Assembly (NCBI GenBank): GCA_964016885.1
Contig: OZ024740.1
Span: 170,190,001-170,254,000 of the forward strand
Direction of reading: 5' to 3'
DNA length: 64,000 bases
DNA from: Eledone cirrhosa
Lineage: Eukaryota
In this document: piece by piece, positions 1-11,617 of the stretch
Position numbering within the stretch: position 1 is the stretch's first letter
Layout of the letters: the number at the start of each line of letters is the position of its first letter
The notes under the pieces: generated by a model
Told to the model about the DNA's origin: nothing
Databases searched by the model: none
The model's input: only the letters and a program-made list of their open reading frames with translations
Program-made: the position numbers and the translations under genes

Positions 1-447
1 CATCTAGGATACCATTCCAGTCTCCCACTAAAAGTAAGGAGCGAGATGTTCCCAGAAAAGACTCTGGACGCTTAAAGAAGTCTGGCCGTGATTGCGATTG
101 CCCGATCGGGCCATAAACGGCCACCAGTCTGAAGGCTCCACCTCCAATACTGTTCACGTCTATGACTACCAGTCTACCCTCTGGGTCCAAGTGTACTGCG
201 GTACTTCGACGTCCATGTTCTTCCGAAACATGACAGCCACTCCCCCTCCACCTCACGGCTGACAGAGAGATGCGTAGATCTCAAAGTCGTCGAAGATAGG
301 GGTTAGTTGCTGCCTGTTGTGGATCCTGGACTCGGTGATGACTATCACATCCATACCGTGTCACCTAAGGTCGTTTAAAAGTTGGCCCTGTTTCCAGGGC
401 ATCCCTAGGCCACGCACATTCACTCTTCCAACTCGTAAACTAGCCAT
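1..447 (-). pseudogene. LINE ORF2 N-terminus, APE endonuclease (in-frame stops)
   Basis: ATG at 447: MASLRVGRVNVRGLG..LLNDLR*HGMDVIVITESR..GGGGVAVMF, matching the NVRGL, DVIxxxE and GVAV motifs. Confidence 0.8.
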
Positions 448-639
448 GCTGGTGAAGAAAAGTTGGAGAAAAAGAAACGAAAAGGTGCATTTACCTTTTC
501 GATTCCTGGAGATCGGGTTGTTCAATCTCCATTTGTGTGCTGGATGGTGTGTTGGGTGGGTGGGGAAACATTTTAATAGGACGCGGTTGATGGGTTTCTG
601 GCAGGGGTTGCTCACGTCCTGTGAAAATTTATTTTTTAG

Positions 640-2362
640 GTCATTATAGGTCTCCATAGAAACCCTTATAAGTTTAAGGTGTGGAGACGATTCTGCTTTG
701 ACGAAAGTTTTGCCCTCCGTCGCCACCTTGGGGTTTTGGGAGATGACCTCCATCAAACTCTTGTTGTTTGTGTTGATGTATGCATATTGTTGTTTGTGTT
801 TTTGTTGTGTTGTTTTAGTTTGTTGTTCGTCCAGGAGTTTTCGTTTTATGGTGGGTGCTTGTGTTTGGGTGGTGTTGGTGTTGGTTTTGCTGGTAGGGGG
901 TGTTTGACTGTGGTGTTGTTTGTTTTGTTGTTTGTGTCTGTGGTTGTGTGTTGGTGTTGGTGATTGGAGTTTTGGGGGGTTTGTGGTGTCTCTTTCTTTG
1001 TTTTTTTAGATTTCCGAAGCTCTCCTTCTTCTTCACATAAAGAAGGAGAAGCAGCCTCAGCTGTCGTTGAATAATCATCGTCAGGAGTGTGGGGTAGGGG
1101 TATATTGTGTGGTGGTGGTGTTTCGGTGTGTGTGATTGTGGTAGTGTTTGATGGAGTAGGATGGGGTGGGGCTGTGTTCTTCAGAGGTGTTGTCTGTGTT
1201 TTTTCTGTTGTTGTTCTGTTTGTTTTGGTGTGTTTGCTCGTTTCGTCTATTGTTGTACTTGTGGTGGTGGTTGTTTTGGTGTTGGTGTTGGTAATAGTCT
1301 TTTTTTAATGATGTTGTGGTGTGTTTGTAAAGGACAGGAAGCCTTTAGGTGTGCTGTGCTACCATAGCGAAAGTAATGAAGTTTTCGACCCTCCACCGTA
1401 ATGTTTATATTGTTGTTGTCGTCGATGACGACTTTTTCGGGTATTTTGAAGATTCTCTCCGGCCTCATTTGAATCAGAATCTCCAAATCAGTACCCGCCC
1501 ACCTTTGTCTAATAGACTTTCGTATCGAAAGAATCATATCAGTTTCTGGCTCTACGAAGCCAGCCAAGATCCATCAGATGTTAATATTTGGTGGTATATT
1601 TTTATTTTTTATTTTTTGTGTCCTTTTTCCCATGTACGTAGGGAAAAAGTTGAATGCTTTTGACACCATTGGTGTCACAGAATGTTTTGGAGGGAGTGCC
1701 TCGCTTTTAAACAGTACGGAAAGACTTCCGTACTGTTTTCCTCTTTGGAGAAAGTCAATATTTGCTAGAATCTCCTTGAAGGTCGCTTCTATATCTGCTT
1801 GACTAACAAATATCGGCTTTCTCGTTGTGTTGGAGACAGTCCTAAAGGTCGCTCTCCTTCGAATTGTCTCTTCAAGGGGTGAGTTAATTCTAAACCCACC
1901 CTTGTCTTCGAAATTTATACATTTTCTCCCTTGCATTGGAGATGTCAAGATTTATAAAATCGTTTTTTGTTCACTGTTTCAGCAAAAGACATTGTTTTTG
2001 TGTGTGGGGTTGGTGTTGTTGTTGTTCTTATCGTTGTTAGCCTCGGTGTTGGAAATCTCAATTTCTTGACGAGGTGAAACTTTATGTGTAGATGTATCTA
2101 TGGAGTTGTGGATGTTGTCTTTTTCATGTGTATGTATGTTAATAGGTTTAATTCCTGTGTCTTCCTGTGTGTTATTGTTTTTTTCCTCCGCTTCGACGGT
2201 AGAAATTTTAAAATCTTCAAGTGGTAATATTTGTTTCTCTTTGTTGACAGTCGTATCTATGGCGACGTCCATAGTAGCAGAAGCAGATATAACGTTAATA
2301 TCTGCCTCTCAACTTCTCTTTTCTCTGTCGACGTTCTCTAGCGTTTTTTCCGAGCTGTTCAT
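640..2362 (-). pseudogene. Tx1-type ORF1 (gag-like), fragmented; 3' boundary approximate
   Basis: ORF pieces 1979-2272, 1574-1948, 1247-1567 and 815-1078 are collinear. Degenerate zinc knuckle YFRYGSTAHLKASCP (CxxC..H....C with the first two Cys changed to Tyr), followed by a low-complexity T/Q/K/P tail. Confidence 0.65.
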
Positions 2363-2587
2363 GTTTTATAGTTGGCAAAATTTGATATTTTAAAACGATT
2401 TTAAAATTAAATTTTCGCCCCTAAAGAGGCGAAAAATGGGATTACCACCCAGCTGACAATTCAGCTTGGGGGTTAATCTACAAAATGTTATGTTTTTTCA
2501 AACAATTGGTTCGGTTTTTTGCATAGAAATTAACAAAAAAGCTTACCAGCGATGTTCCACGCGTCAGGCAGATAGATAGATAGATAG

Positions 2588-4353
2588 TTATGTTTCTTTT
2601 ATTTGCCACCAGGGCATCAAAAGTGGTACAAGTACAATGGGGGGAGTTTACAAAACAAGGCGTCCTCAATAAGGAGGAGGCAATAACAATATATAAAAAT
2701 AAAATAAAATATAACAAAAAATAAAATGTATAACAAAGTCCTCAATAGAGAGGAGGCGCCTTGGGGGGTCGCACACATCCCTTCTCTGTGCTCCTCAGCT
2801 GCACAGAGAAGGGATGCTCCCTTGGTCTTTCATCTTCCTCACCTATAGTCTGATGTAGAGTGAAGGCCCATTCACACGGGCCATTCTCGCCACTTTCACC
2901 CATCTTTCATAAAAGCGGCTGAGGTGCAGCATCTCTCTCTCCATCCTAATCCTTCTTCCGAAATGATATCGGAAGAAACGGACCAGTTGTTGGCCAGAGA
3001 GAAAGGTGTCTGACCTCAGTCCTTTCAGACGCGTCCACCATACAACCTCTTTCGCCATGGCTATTACGCACAGAAACACCGCCTCTCCTTCGTTTTTGAA
3101 GAGGGGAGGCGGCTTGATCGTTACAATAGACTCGGTGGTCAATCGGATCGGTTCCACTCTTGACAGCAGTTGTTCGACATAGCCCCACAGATCGGCAATG
3201 CCCGAGCAGTGTACCAATGCATGTGCAACGGTTTCCTCGTCGCACACGCATCTGGGACAGATCTTTTTCGATGGGTCCCTACCCGGGCGCCCGTGTCTGT
3301 AGAGCCTTTCTCGAACGGGCAGAGCCCTTCTGTAGCATTGCCAGGCCAGGGACCTCTGGAAGTTATCCATGGGTCCCGGGCTGAATGTCCTACCGAACAG
3401 GTTGGCCAGTTCGTCTTCCTCCATGCCTAGGGCTTCTCCGAGGGCGTCGTCGCACCTGCTAACCACCAGCCCTCTATAGAATGACGAGGTGGATTCTCCA
3501 CTGACAGCCGGGTCCGCCTGCCAGAGAGCCGTGAGCGCCTGGGCACACTCGGTGTGCCAGGCGCCCAGTTTTCTCGGTCTTTGCTTGACCCAGGATTGCA
3601 GCTCGGTGAGCGAGACGAGTCTGGGAAAGGCTCGCCTCACAAACGGGGCCCACACCGGTTGACCGGAGAGGAATACCTGAAGGTGCCGTAGCCTTAATGC
3701 GTGTTTACGTATCATTAGCCACGGCATCCCCAGCCCTCCTTTCGAAGGGTGTTGACAGCAGATGGATTTCCTCACCATAGGAGCCCGCTTCTTCCAAAGG
3801 AATTGTAAGAGTGCGCGCTCCATTTTAGCGAGCGTTTCCCTTGGGCAAGGCACAACGGTCAGACGGTAGTAGATGACGGACGCTATATAAGTGTTCGCCA
3901 CCTCCACCCGACCTTTCAGGGACAGTTTGCACTCGGCCCACTTCTGGGTCAGTGCAAACACCCTGTTCGTTACCTCACCCCAGTTCTTCTCCACCTGGAG
4001 GTCTGGTCCGAACCAGACCCCGAGCAACTTCACCGGGCCCTCCGTCCAGCGCCCGACGACGCCATCGGAGGGCGTCGATCTGCCCCTCCACGTGCCGAGT
4101 TGCAGACCGATCGACTTGTCCCGGTTCAGCTTAGCCCCTGTAAACCTTTCGTACTCCTCCAGTAAGGTGCCGATCGCCCCGATTTCCGAGGCAGTCGACA
4201 CCATTACTGTTACGTCATCGGCGTAGGCTGACACCGCTTTCCGCAATCCCGGTTCCAACGGGATGCCCTGCAACAACTCCAACTTCCGCAGCAGTGGCTC
4301 TAGAGTCATTACATACAGAAGGGAGGAGAGAGGGCACCCCTGTCGGATGGACC

Positions 4354-4354
<1 letters not shown>
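2588..4354 (-). mobile_element. 5'-truncated Tx1/L1-clade LINE copy 1 (RT C-half, zinc finger, 3' UTR)
   Basis: Open frame 2843-~4354 with SIRQGCPLS, AYADDV, KLLGVWF, GGLG and CPRC..ETVAHALVHC. The 3' end reads AATAAAAGAAACATA then (TCTA)n. Confidence 0.92.
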
Positions 4355-4384
<30 letters not shown>

Positions 4385-6160
4385 TGTTTCTTTTATTTGC
4401 CACCAGGGCATCAAAAGTGGGACAAGTACAATGGGGGGAGTTTACAAAACAAGGCGTCCTCAATAAGGAGGAGGCAATAACAATATATAAAAATAAAATA
4501 AAATATAACAAAAAATAAAATTTATAACAAAGTCCTCAATAGAGAGGAGGCGCCTTGGGGGGTCGCACACACCCCCGAAAAAAGTGTGCAACCCTTCTCC
4601 TCCGGAGCACAGAGAAGGGGTGCTCCCTTGGTCTTTCATCTTCCTCACCTATAGTCTGATGTAGAGTGAAGGCCCATTCACACGGGCCATTCTCGCCACT
4701 TTCACCCATCTTTCATAAAAGCGGCTGAGGTGCAGCATCTCTCTCTCCATCCTAATCCTTCTTCCGAAATGATATCGGAAGAAACGGACCAGTTGTTGGC
4801 CAGAGAGAAAGGTGTCTGACCTCAGTCCTTTCAGACGCGTCCACCATACAACCTCTTTCGCCATGGCTATTACGCACAGAAACACCGCCTCTCCTTCGTT
4901 TTTGAAGAGGGGAGGCGGCTTGATCGTTACAATAGACTCGGTGGTCAATCGGATCGGTCCCACTCTTGACAGCAGTTGTTCGACATAGCCCCACAGATCG
5001 GCAATGCCCGAGCAGTGTACCAATGCGTGTGCAACGGTTTCCTCGTCGCACACGCATCTGGGACAGATCTTTTTCGATGGGTCCCTACCCGGGCGCCCGT
5101 GTCTGTAGAGCCTTTCTCGAACGGGCAGAGCCCTTCTGTAGCATTGCCAGGCCAGGGACCTCTGGAAGTTATCCATGGGTCCCGGGCTGAATGTCCTACC
5201 GAACAGGTTGGCCAGTTCGTCTTCCTCTATGCCTAGGGCTTCTCCGAGGGCGTCGTCGCACCTGCTAACCACCAGCCCTCTATAGAATGACGAGGTGGAT
5301 TCTCCACTGACAGCCGGGTCCGCCTGCCAGAGAGCCGTGAGCGCCTGGGCACACTCGGTGTGCCAGGCGCCCAGTTTTCTCGGTCTTTGCTTGACCCAGG
5401 ATTGCAGCGCGGTGAGCGAGACGAGTCTGGGAAAGGCTCGCCTCACAAACGGGGCCCACACCGGTTGACCGGAGAGGAATACCTGAAGGTGCCGTAGCCT
5501 TAATGCGTGTTTACGTATCATTAGCCACGGCATCCCCAGCCCTCCTTTCGAAGGGTGTTGACAGCAGATGGATTTCCTCACCATAGGAGCCCGCTTCTTC
5601 CAAAGGAATTGTAAGAGTGCGCGCTCCATTTTAGCGAGCGTTTCCCTTGGGCAAGGCACAACGGTCAGACGGTAGTAGATGACGGACGCTATATAAGTGT
5701 TCGCCACCTCCACCCGACCTTTCAGGGACAGTTTGCACTCGGCCCACTTCTGGGTCAGTGCAAACACCCTGTTCGTTACCTCACCCCAGTTCTTCTCCAC
5801 CTGGAGGTCTGGTCCGAACCAGACCCCGAGCAACTTCACCGGGCCCTCCGTCCAGCGCCCGACGACGCCATCGGAGGGCGTCGATCTGCCCCTCCACGTG
5901 CCGAGTTGCAGACCGATCGACTTGTCCCGGTTCAGCTTAGCCCCTGTAAACCTTTCGTACTCCTCCAGTAAGGTGCCGATCGCCCCGATTTCCGAGGCAG
6001 TCGACACCATTACTGTTACGTCATCGGCGTAGGCTGACACCGCTTTCCGCAATCCCGGTTCCAACGGGATGCCCTGCAACAACTCCAACTTCCGCAGCAG
6101 TGGCTCTAGAGTCATTACATACAGAAGGGAGGAGAGAGGGCACCCCTGTCGGATGGACCA
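4385..6160 (-). mobile_element. 5'-truncated Tx1/L1-clade LINE copy 2
   Basis: Near-identical to copy 1 at an 1806-bp offset, with the same truncation point (..GGATGGACCA|TAGATA). Flanked by GATA tracts at 4355-4384 and 6161-6186. Confidence 0.92.
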
Positions 6161-6186
6161 TAGATAGATAGATAGATAGATAGATA

Positions 6187-7090
6187 TGTTTCTTTTATTT
6201 GCCACCAGGGCATCAAAAGTGGGACAAGTACAATGGGGGGAGTTTACAAAACAAGGCGTCCTCAATAAGGAGGAGGCAATAACAATATATAAAAATAAAA
6301 TAAAATATAACAAAAATAAAATTTATAACAAAGTCCTCAATAGAGAGGAGGCGCCTTGGGGGGTCGCACACACCCCCGAAAAAAGTGTGCAACCCTTCTC
6401 CTCCGGAGCACAGAGAAGGGGTGCTCCCTTGGTCTTTCATCTTCCTCACCTATAGTCTGATGTAGAGTGAAGGCCCATTCACACGGGCCATTCTCGCTAC
6501 TTTCACCCATCTTTCATAAAAGCGGCTGAGGTGCAGCATCTCTCTCTCCATCCTAATCCTTCTTCCGAAATGATATCGGAAGAAACGGACCAGTTGTTGG
6601 CCAGAGAGAAAGGTGTCTGACCTCAGTCCTTTCAGACGCGTCCACCATACAACCTCTTTCGCCATGGCTATTACGCACAGAAACACCGCCTCTCCTTCAT
6701 TTTTGAAGAGGGGAGGCGGCTTGATCGTTACAATAGACTCGGTGGTCAACCGGATCGGTCCCACCCTTGACAGCAGTTGTTCGACATAGCCCCACAGATC
6801 GGCAATTCCCGAGCAGTGTACCAGTGCGTGTGCAACGGTTTCCTCGTCGCACATGCATCTGGGACAGATCTTTTTCGATGGGTCCCTACCCGGGCGCCCG
6901 TGTCTGTAGAGCCTTTCTCGAACGGGCAGAGCCCTTCTGTAGCATTGCCAGGCCAGGGACCTCTGGAAGTTATCCATGGGTCCCGGGCTGAATGTCCTAC
7001 CGAACAGTTTGGCCAGTTCGTCTTCCTCCATGCCTAGAGCTTCTCCGAGGGCGTCGGCGCACCTACTAACCACCAGCCCTCTATAGAATG

Positions 7091-7091
<1 letters not shown>
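6187..7091 (-). mobile_element. Shorter 5'-truncated Tx1/L1-clade LINE copy 3
   Basis: Same C-terminus and 3' UTR (ORF 6450-7073) but a different truncation point, joined to (GATA)n at 7091-7159. Confidence 0.92.

Positions 7092-7159
<68 letters not shown>
7091..7159. repeat. (GATA)n microsatellite terminating the LINE train
   Basis: Read directly from the sequence. Confidence 0.97.
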
Positions 7160-7161
<2 letters not shown>

Positions 7162-7399
7162 CAAAAGGATTACTTGCAGCTAGCTATAGCTAGCAAATTT
7201 AAACAATATATTTCTAACTATGTGAAACATATTTTAAAGGTCAGATAAAAAAACAGTGTTCTAAGAATATATTTAATCTAGTGAACGATATATAGGCGAA
7301 ATATCTGAGTTGCTTTCTAATGTTAATCAGCTGGTTGTTACTTATTCAGAAAAAGCTACGGCTTTACTAATATTTATAAATTCGTCTTTATGAAAGACT

Positions 7400-8260
7400 G
7401 GAAAAAAATAAGGCTAATTTTGTTCACGGTCTTTTTATTGATCAGATTTGTTGTATAAATATTATATCTGGTAAAGTTTTTCATTATCTTTTAAAATTGA
7501 ATCCAAAGAATTTGCCAGGTTCGGATGCTATCATCCAGTTCTTTTTTTTCCTTTAAAAACTTATTAGGTAAAATTTTCGACACACTACTTACATTTTTTA
7601 TTTATCTTTTCAAACAATTGTCTCAATAGATTACTGTGTACTGGTAATAGATTTATGTAATTTATAATTACAGACAAATTAGTGCATCTTTTAGAAGCAA
7701 ATGACATTATATGTTTTATGGTTTGGTATCTTTGCTAGATAAACATATATCCGCCTGTTTGATATACTTACATGAATAAACAAAACGTTTAGATAACCAT
7801 TTAATATTGGATATATTATATCTGGATATTGCTAAACTATTTGATATGGTTTCACATGTAATAATAAATTACTGAATTGGTTGTAATATTATTTGAAGAA
7901 CAGATCTCAATTTTTTTACTAAATAACATTTCTAGAAATACTTGTGTAATTAGTTCCAAATTGCCGTAGGGTAGCTTACTAAGACATATTTTCATTTTAA
8001 TCTATTTACATTAAATACGAATTTGTATTTCAAATTATAATATAGTGTTATATTCTGATCAGACTAAATTGTTCTTCCTAATCTCAAAGAATGTTGAAAA
8101 TTTAACTTTAAAATCTAAATTACAGAAAATGTATGAATCTTTCAAAAAGATACAATTAAATACTTTAACGGAATTTCTCTTCTTTTTTTTTAATACATTT
8201 AGGTCACAAAAATGATTGTACAGAATGTTATTTAATTGATATTCTTATGCAGTCTGTGAA
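7400..8260 (+). pseudogene. Highly decayed CR1/Jockey-group RT remnant
   Basis: NYRQIS (~7667), DILYLDIAKLFDMVSH (~7810-7857) and YSDQTKL (~8051, degenerate YADD) occur in the expected order. Confidence 0.55.
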
Positions 8261-8304
8261 ATAATGTTTACTTTATATTTTGCTGCATTATGAAATTTAT
8301 TAAA

Positions 8305-8480
8305 GTGGACGCATACATAGTCGAATGGTTAAGAAATTTGCTTCGCATTGATAAGGTTCCGAGTTTCGTACCATTGCTTGGCATCTTGGAATGGTTTGAT
8401 ATAGCCTCAGGTGGACCCACATTATGTAAGTAAAATTGGGTAAACGAAAACATCATGGAGGCTTCCAATGAATTGTAACT
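8305..8480 (+). mobile_element. Decayed tRNA-derived SINE (octopus OR-like)
   Basis: A-box-like TAGTCGAATGG and a B-box-like segment, then GGCATCTTGG..ATAGCCTCAGG. Family assignment is from memory. Confidence 0.5.
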
Positions 8481-8879
8481 GTAATTCAAATGTTCAGCCT
8501 TGTCACACTGATTCGGCTTGAGGATTATGTTATGGATACTCGTTTCTGTGGAATACTCAACTATCTATACGGTGATTAAAGAGTTAGACTTCAGTTAGTC
8601 GAACAACTGAATGCTCAATGACGAAACCGACATTACTAAATCTGTTGACCATTGTTTTCATGTAGTTTACGTGATTCTATTGTTAAATACTTGTTTATAT
8701 AGGGTCTTTAATATTTTCTATTGTTTAAAAAAAACGAAAAAACTACGTTTCGACATATATGGTTATAATTCACTTTGACTATGATGTCCTGGATTTAATA
8801 ACGAATAACTAATTTCGTAATACAATAATTCCATTCAAACAAAACCCCGGGTTATTCGGTCACTTAACGGGCATTGGAA

Positions 8880-9560
8880 GTGCCCGTCTTCGATTTCATT
8901 CCTCCTGTTTAGAAAACCATAGTCAGTTTAGGCTTATTCAAACCCGTTAATTTCGCTACTGTCACTCGTCTTTCATAAGGCCCTCTAGAAGGCAGTTCTT
9001 CCCTATCTATCCGCAACTTCCTCCTTAAGTGGTACCTAACTTGACCGGAAAAGAAGATTCCTCTCCTCGAACCTTATGGGCAAGTCCAACATACAGCTTC
9101 TTTCAACATAAATACCAGGCAGAAGAAGGTGAGGATTTTATAGAGGCAGCTGATTGCCAGATATCTTACACGTGATACCAGTTGTTCGACACAAGCCCAC
9201 AACTTTGCAATGCATGCAGGTCTCCATTCATGGAGCTCTAACAAGTCCGGCTGTTGGCACTTCTGTTTCTGTATACCTTGACACGAGCTGATAGTGTTCC
9301 TCTGTAGGACTGCATGCCAAGGATTGTCCTTAATCCCGGACTTGATACTTCTCCAGAAGTGTCTGTTCAGACTAGTTTCGACGACACTCCGAGCCACTCC
9401 CAAGCCATCGTTGATAAAACCTTCAACTGATCGTCTATATAAAGCAAGTGCTGTTTCCTGGCCGCCTATCACGTTGCCTAGCTGGTAAATTACCGTAAGC
9501 GCATGGCAGCACTGTAGTTGCACGGTGCCCACCCATTTGTCAGTTCTTTGTTTGCAGGCT
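8880..9560 (-). mobile_element. Diverged relative of the Tx1-like LINE, 3' end
   Basis: ORF 9074-9532 contains IAKLWACVEQLVSRV and FFCLVFMLKEAVCWT, matching IADLWGYVEQLLSRV and FLCVIAMAKEVVWWT in copies 1-3. Confidence 0.75.
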
Positions 9561-10162
9561 TCTCGTTTATGTGAAGTAAAAAGCAGTTAGGCTGAGAGAG
9601 CTGAACGGGAGAGTAGGGCGGTATTATAAAGAGGAGGGACTTAGAGAACTATATAAATAGGAGATGGAGAGAGTAGGAACGAAATAGCAAGATAAATGTA
9701 TAGAGAACAGTTGACAAGCAATCGAGAAAAGTAATCAGGCAAGCTGACAGTGAAATATAGGAAAGAACGGAAGATAGGATTAAAGAGGAATAGATAGAGG
9801 AAATGCGAAAAAACAAAAGATAGATTTCCACAATAAACGGTGGAATGACTGAAGTAATATGATAAAATAACAAAAGTAGATGTTAAAGACAATAAGGGAG
9901 ATTGTGAAAGAGAGAAAGTGGGACAGACATTTGTGACGACATCGAAGTTTGATATAAGTAAAGACTTTAAAAAACGCAAAGAAGTGAAAAAATATTTTGA
10001 ATGAGAGGGAATAAATAGAGGCTTCTATTTATAAGTGGAAATGTAGAAACGAAATAATGAAGTGTGTGATTGAGAGAGAATAGTAAAAAAGAACAATGGA
10101 AGGAGAATATGAAAGTGAGAAAGTGATAAATAAGTGAGACAACTTTTTTAAACATAAAACAA

Positions 10163-10352
10163 ATAATTGTTTCTACTTTAGGCACAAGGCCAGCAATTAC
10201 CCAGTGCATTACTGGTACTTTATGTTATCGAACCCGTAAGGATGAAAGGCAAAGTCAACCTCGGCGGGATTTGAACTCAGATCGTAAAAAGACGTAACTA
10301 TGCTGGAAAGCATGGCGTCCGACCTTCTACCGATACTGCCAATCCACCACCT
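10163..10352 (-). mobile_element. tRNA-derived CORE-type SINE (octopus OK-like)
   Basis: Reverse strand has the B box GAGTTCAAATCC and GAGGTTGACTTTGCCTTTCATCC. Further copies at 28607, 36566 and 41330. Confidence 0.8.
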
Positions 10353-10489
10353 CTCATAAAACAAATAATAGCAAGTAAAACAGGCGACGAAATTCTCAAA
10401 TCACAGAAAAACTGCCCAACTTGGAAATACCTACAAGAAATATAAGATAAAATGAAACCAGGCATGCTACAGGAATTTTGAAAAGAGGC

Positions 10490-10710
10490 AGAAATAGGTT
10501 TGATGCCGACTGCCTCATGGCTAGAATGAAAATCAGTGCTGAGAAAACTGAGACACTCGTCCTCTTAAGATAGCCCGCGCAGTGCATTCTACATTTGAAT
10601 GGAGTTCCACTGAAACAGGTGGTGACTTTCAGGTATCTCGGGGCCGTGTTCACGAGTGATGGAAGGCGGCGGCTGAATTAATGCAAGAATTGCAGGAGCT
10701 ACTGCAAGAT
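10490..10710 (+). pseudogene. RTE-clade RT C-terminal fragment
   Basis: Translates as MKISAEKTETL..LNGVPLKQVVTFRYLGAVFTSDG. Confidence 0.65.
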
Positions 10711-10911
10711 CAAAGAATATATAGCTAAAGCATGTTTAGAAGTAGAAGGAGAAAGATGTAGTAAAGAGAATGGGGAGACAAGAAGAAGAAGAAGAAGAAG
10801 AAGAAGAAGAAGAAAGGAGTAGGAGGATGAGGTGGCACCCTTACCACTAGGACATGAGCATCTCTCTATATATGTGTGTGTGTGTCTGTGTGTGTGTGTG
10901 TATATATATAT

Positions 10912-11556
10912 CATTGCAGAAACTAATTAGTTGGAGTGAAAATTTAAGTAAGTAAGTAAAAAATTTTTTAAAAATTTTTTAAAAAATATTTTCTTATTTT
11001 ACGTCTTTTATATTATTGTTCTGCACCCTCCTGCATTGAACCACCTAGGTACTATGACATAACCTGTGTATTTGCTGGCATGGACGTGCATCTGTGCGCC
11101 TATGTTAGTTGATATATTAAATTATCTATATTTATCTCCAAATCACTGATTTGTCGAGCAAACCTGCCAAAACCACTTCAAAATTTTTTTTGGGGTGTTA
11201 GTAGGCGTCAGTCATCTTACCATCCCATTCCTTCTAACTAGCCTCTATGTCACGTGATTGATTCTTTAGAATCGGACATTTGACTGGAAGCAGTGAGAAT
11301 TTCAGTACATAGAATCCAGTCCTCGCCTAGCTGTTCTTTCTACCGAATTATTATTTTTATATGAGCCGCTAGTGTCCGCGCATTGCCTGGAGGCTCAGCT
11401 GAGAATAGACTCCCTGATGACGCAATGAATTCTCGACAGTTGGATTATGTAACTGTCTTTATCCCATTGCAGAAACTAATTAGTTGGAGTGAAAATTTAA
11501 GTAAGTAAGTAAAAAATTTTTTTTAAATTTTTTAAAAAATATTTTCTTATTTTACG

Positions 11557-11565
<9 letters not shown>
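10912..11565 (+). mobile_element. Non-coding element with ~100-bp terminal direct repeat (period 553 bp) carrying an HHR; retrozyme-like or Penelope pLTR-like
   Basis: 10912-11012 is repeated at 11465-11565. Flanked by (TG/TA)n and (TA)n. Confidence 0.75.
11409..11490 (+). ncRNA. Type I hammerhead ribozyme motif
   Basis: ACTCC-CTGATGA(11414)-cGCAATG..CATTGCa-GAAA(11472)-CTAATTAG-TT-GGAGT. Stem III is the palindrome ACTAATTAGT, and there is an extra hairpin GACAGTT/AACTGTC in loop II. Confidence 0.75.

Positions 11566-11612
<47 letters not shown>

Positions 11613-11617
<5 letters not shown>

Larger units (their letters stand above)
1..2570 (-). mobile_element. 5' part of a Tx1/L1-clade LINE (5' UTR, decayed ORF1, start of ORF2); continues beyond the window start
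   Basis: Broken ORF1 segments followed by an APE-type N-terminus. The 5' end abuts (GATA)n at 2571. 5' UTR hairpins at ~2412-2435 (TTTTCGCC/GGCGAAAA) and ~2448-2470. Confidence 0.8.

Noticed and set aside
4649-6313. 554-aa and 523-aa (2843-4414) ORFs as genuine genes
   Set aside because: Their N-termini are read-through of the neighbouring copy's 3' UTR and TCTA tract, and the RT lacks its N-terminal half.
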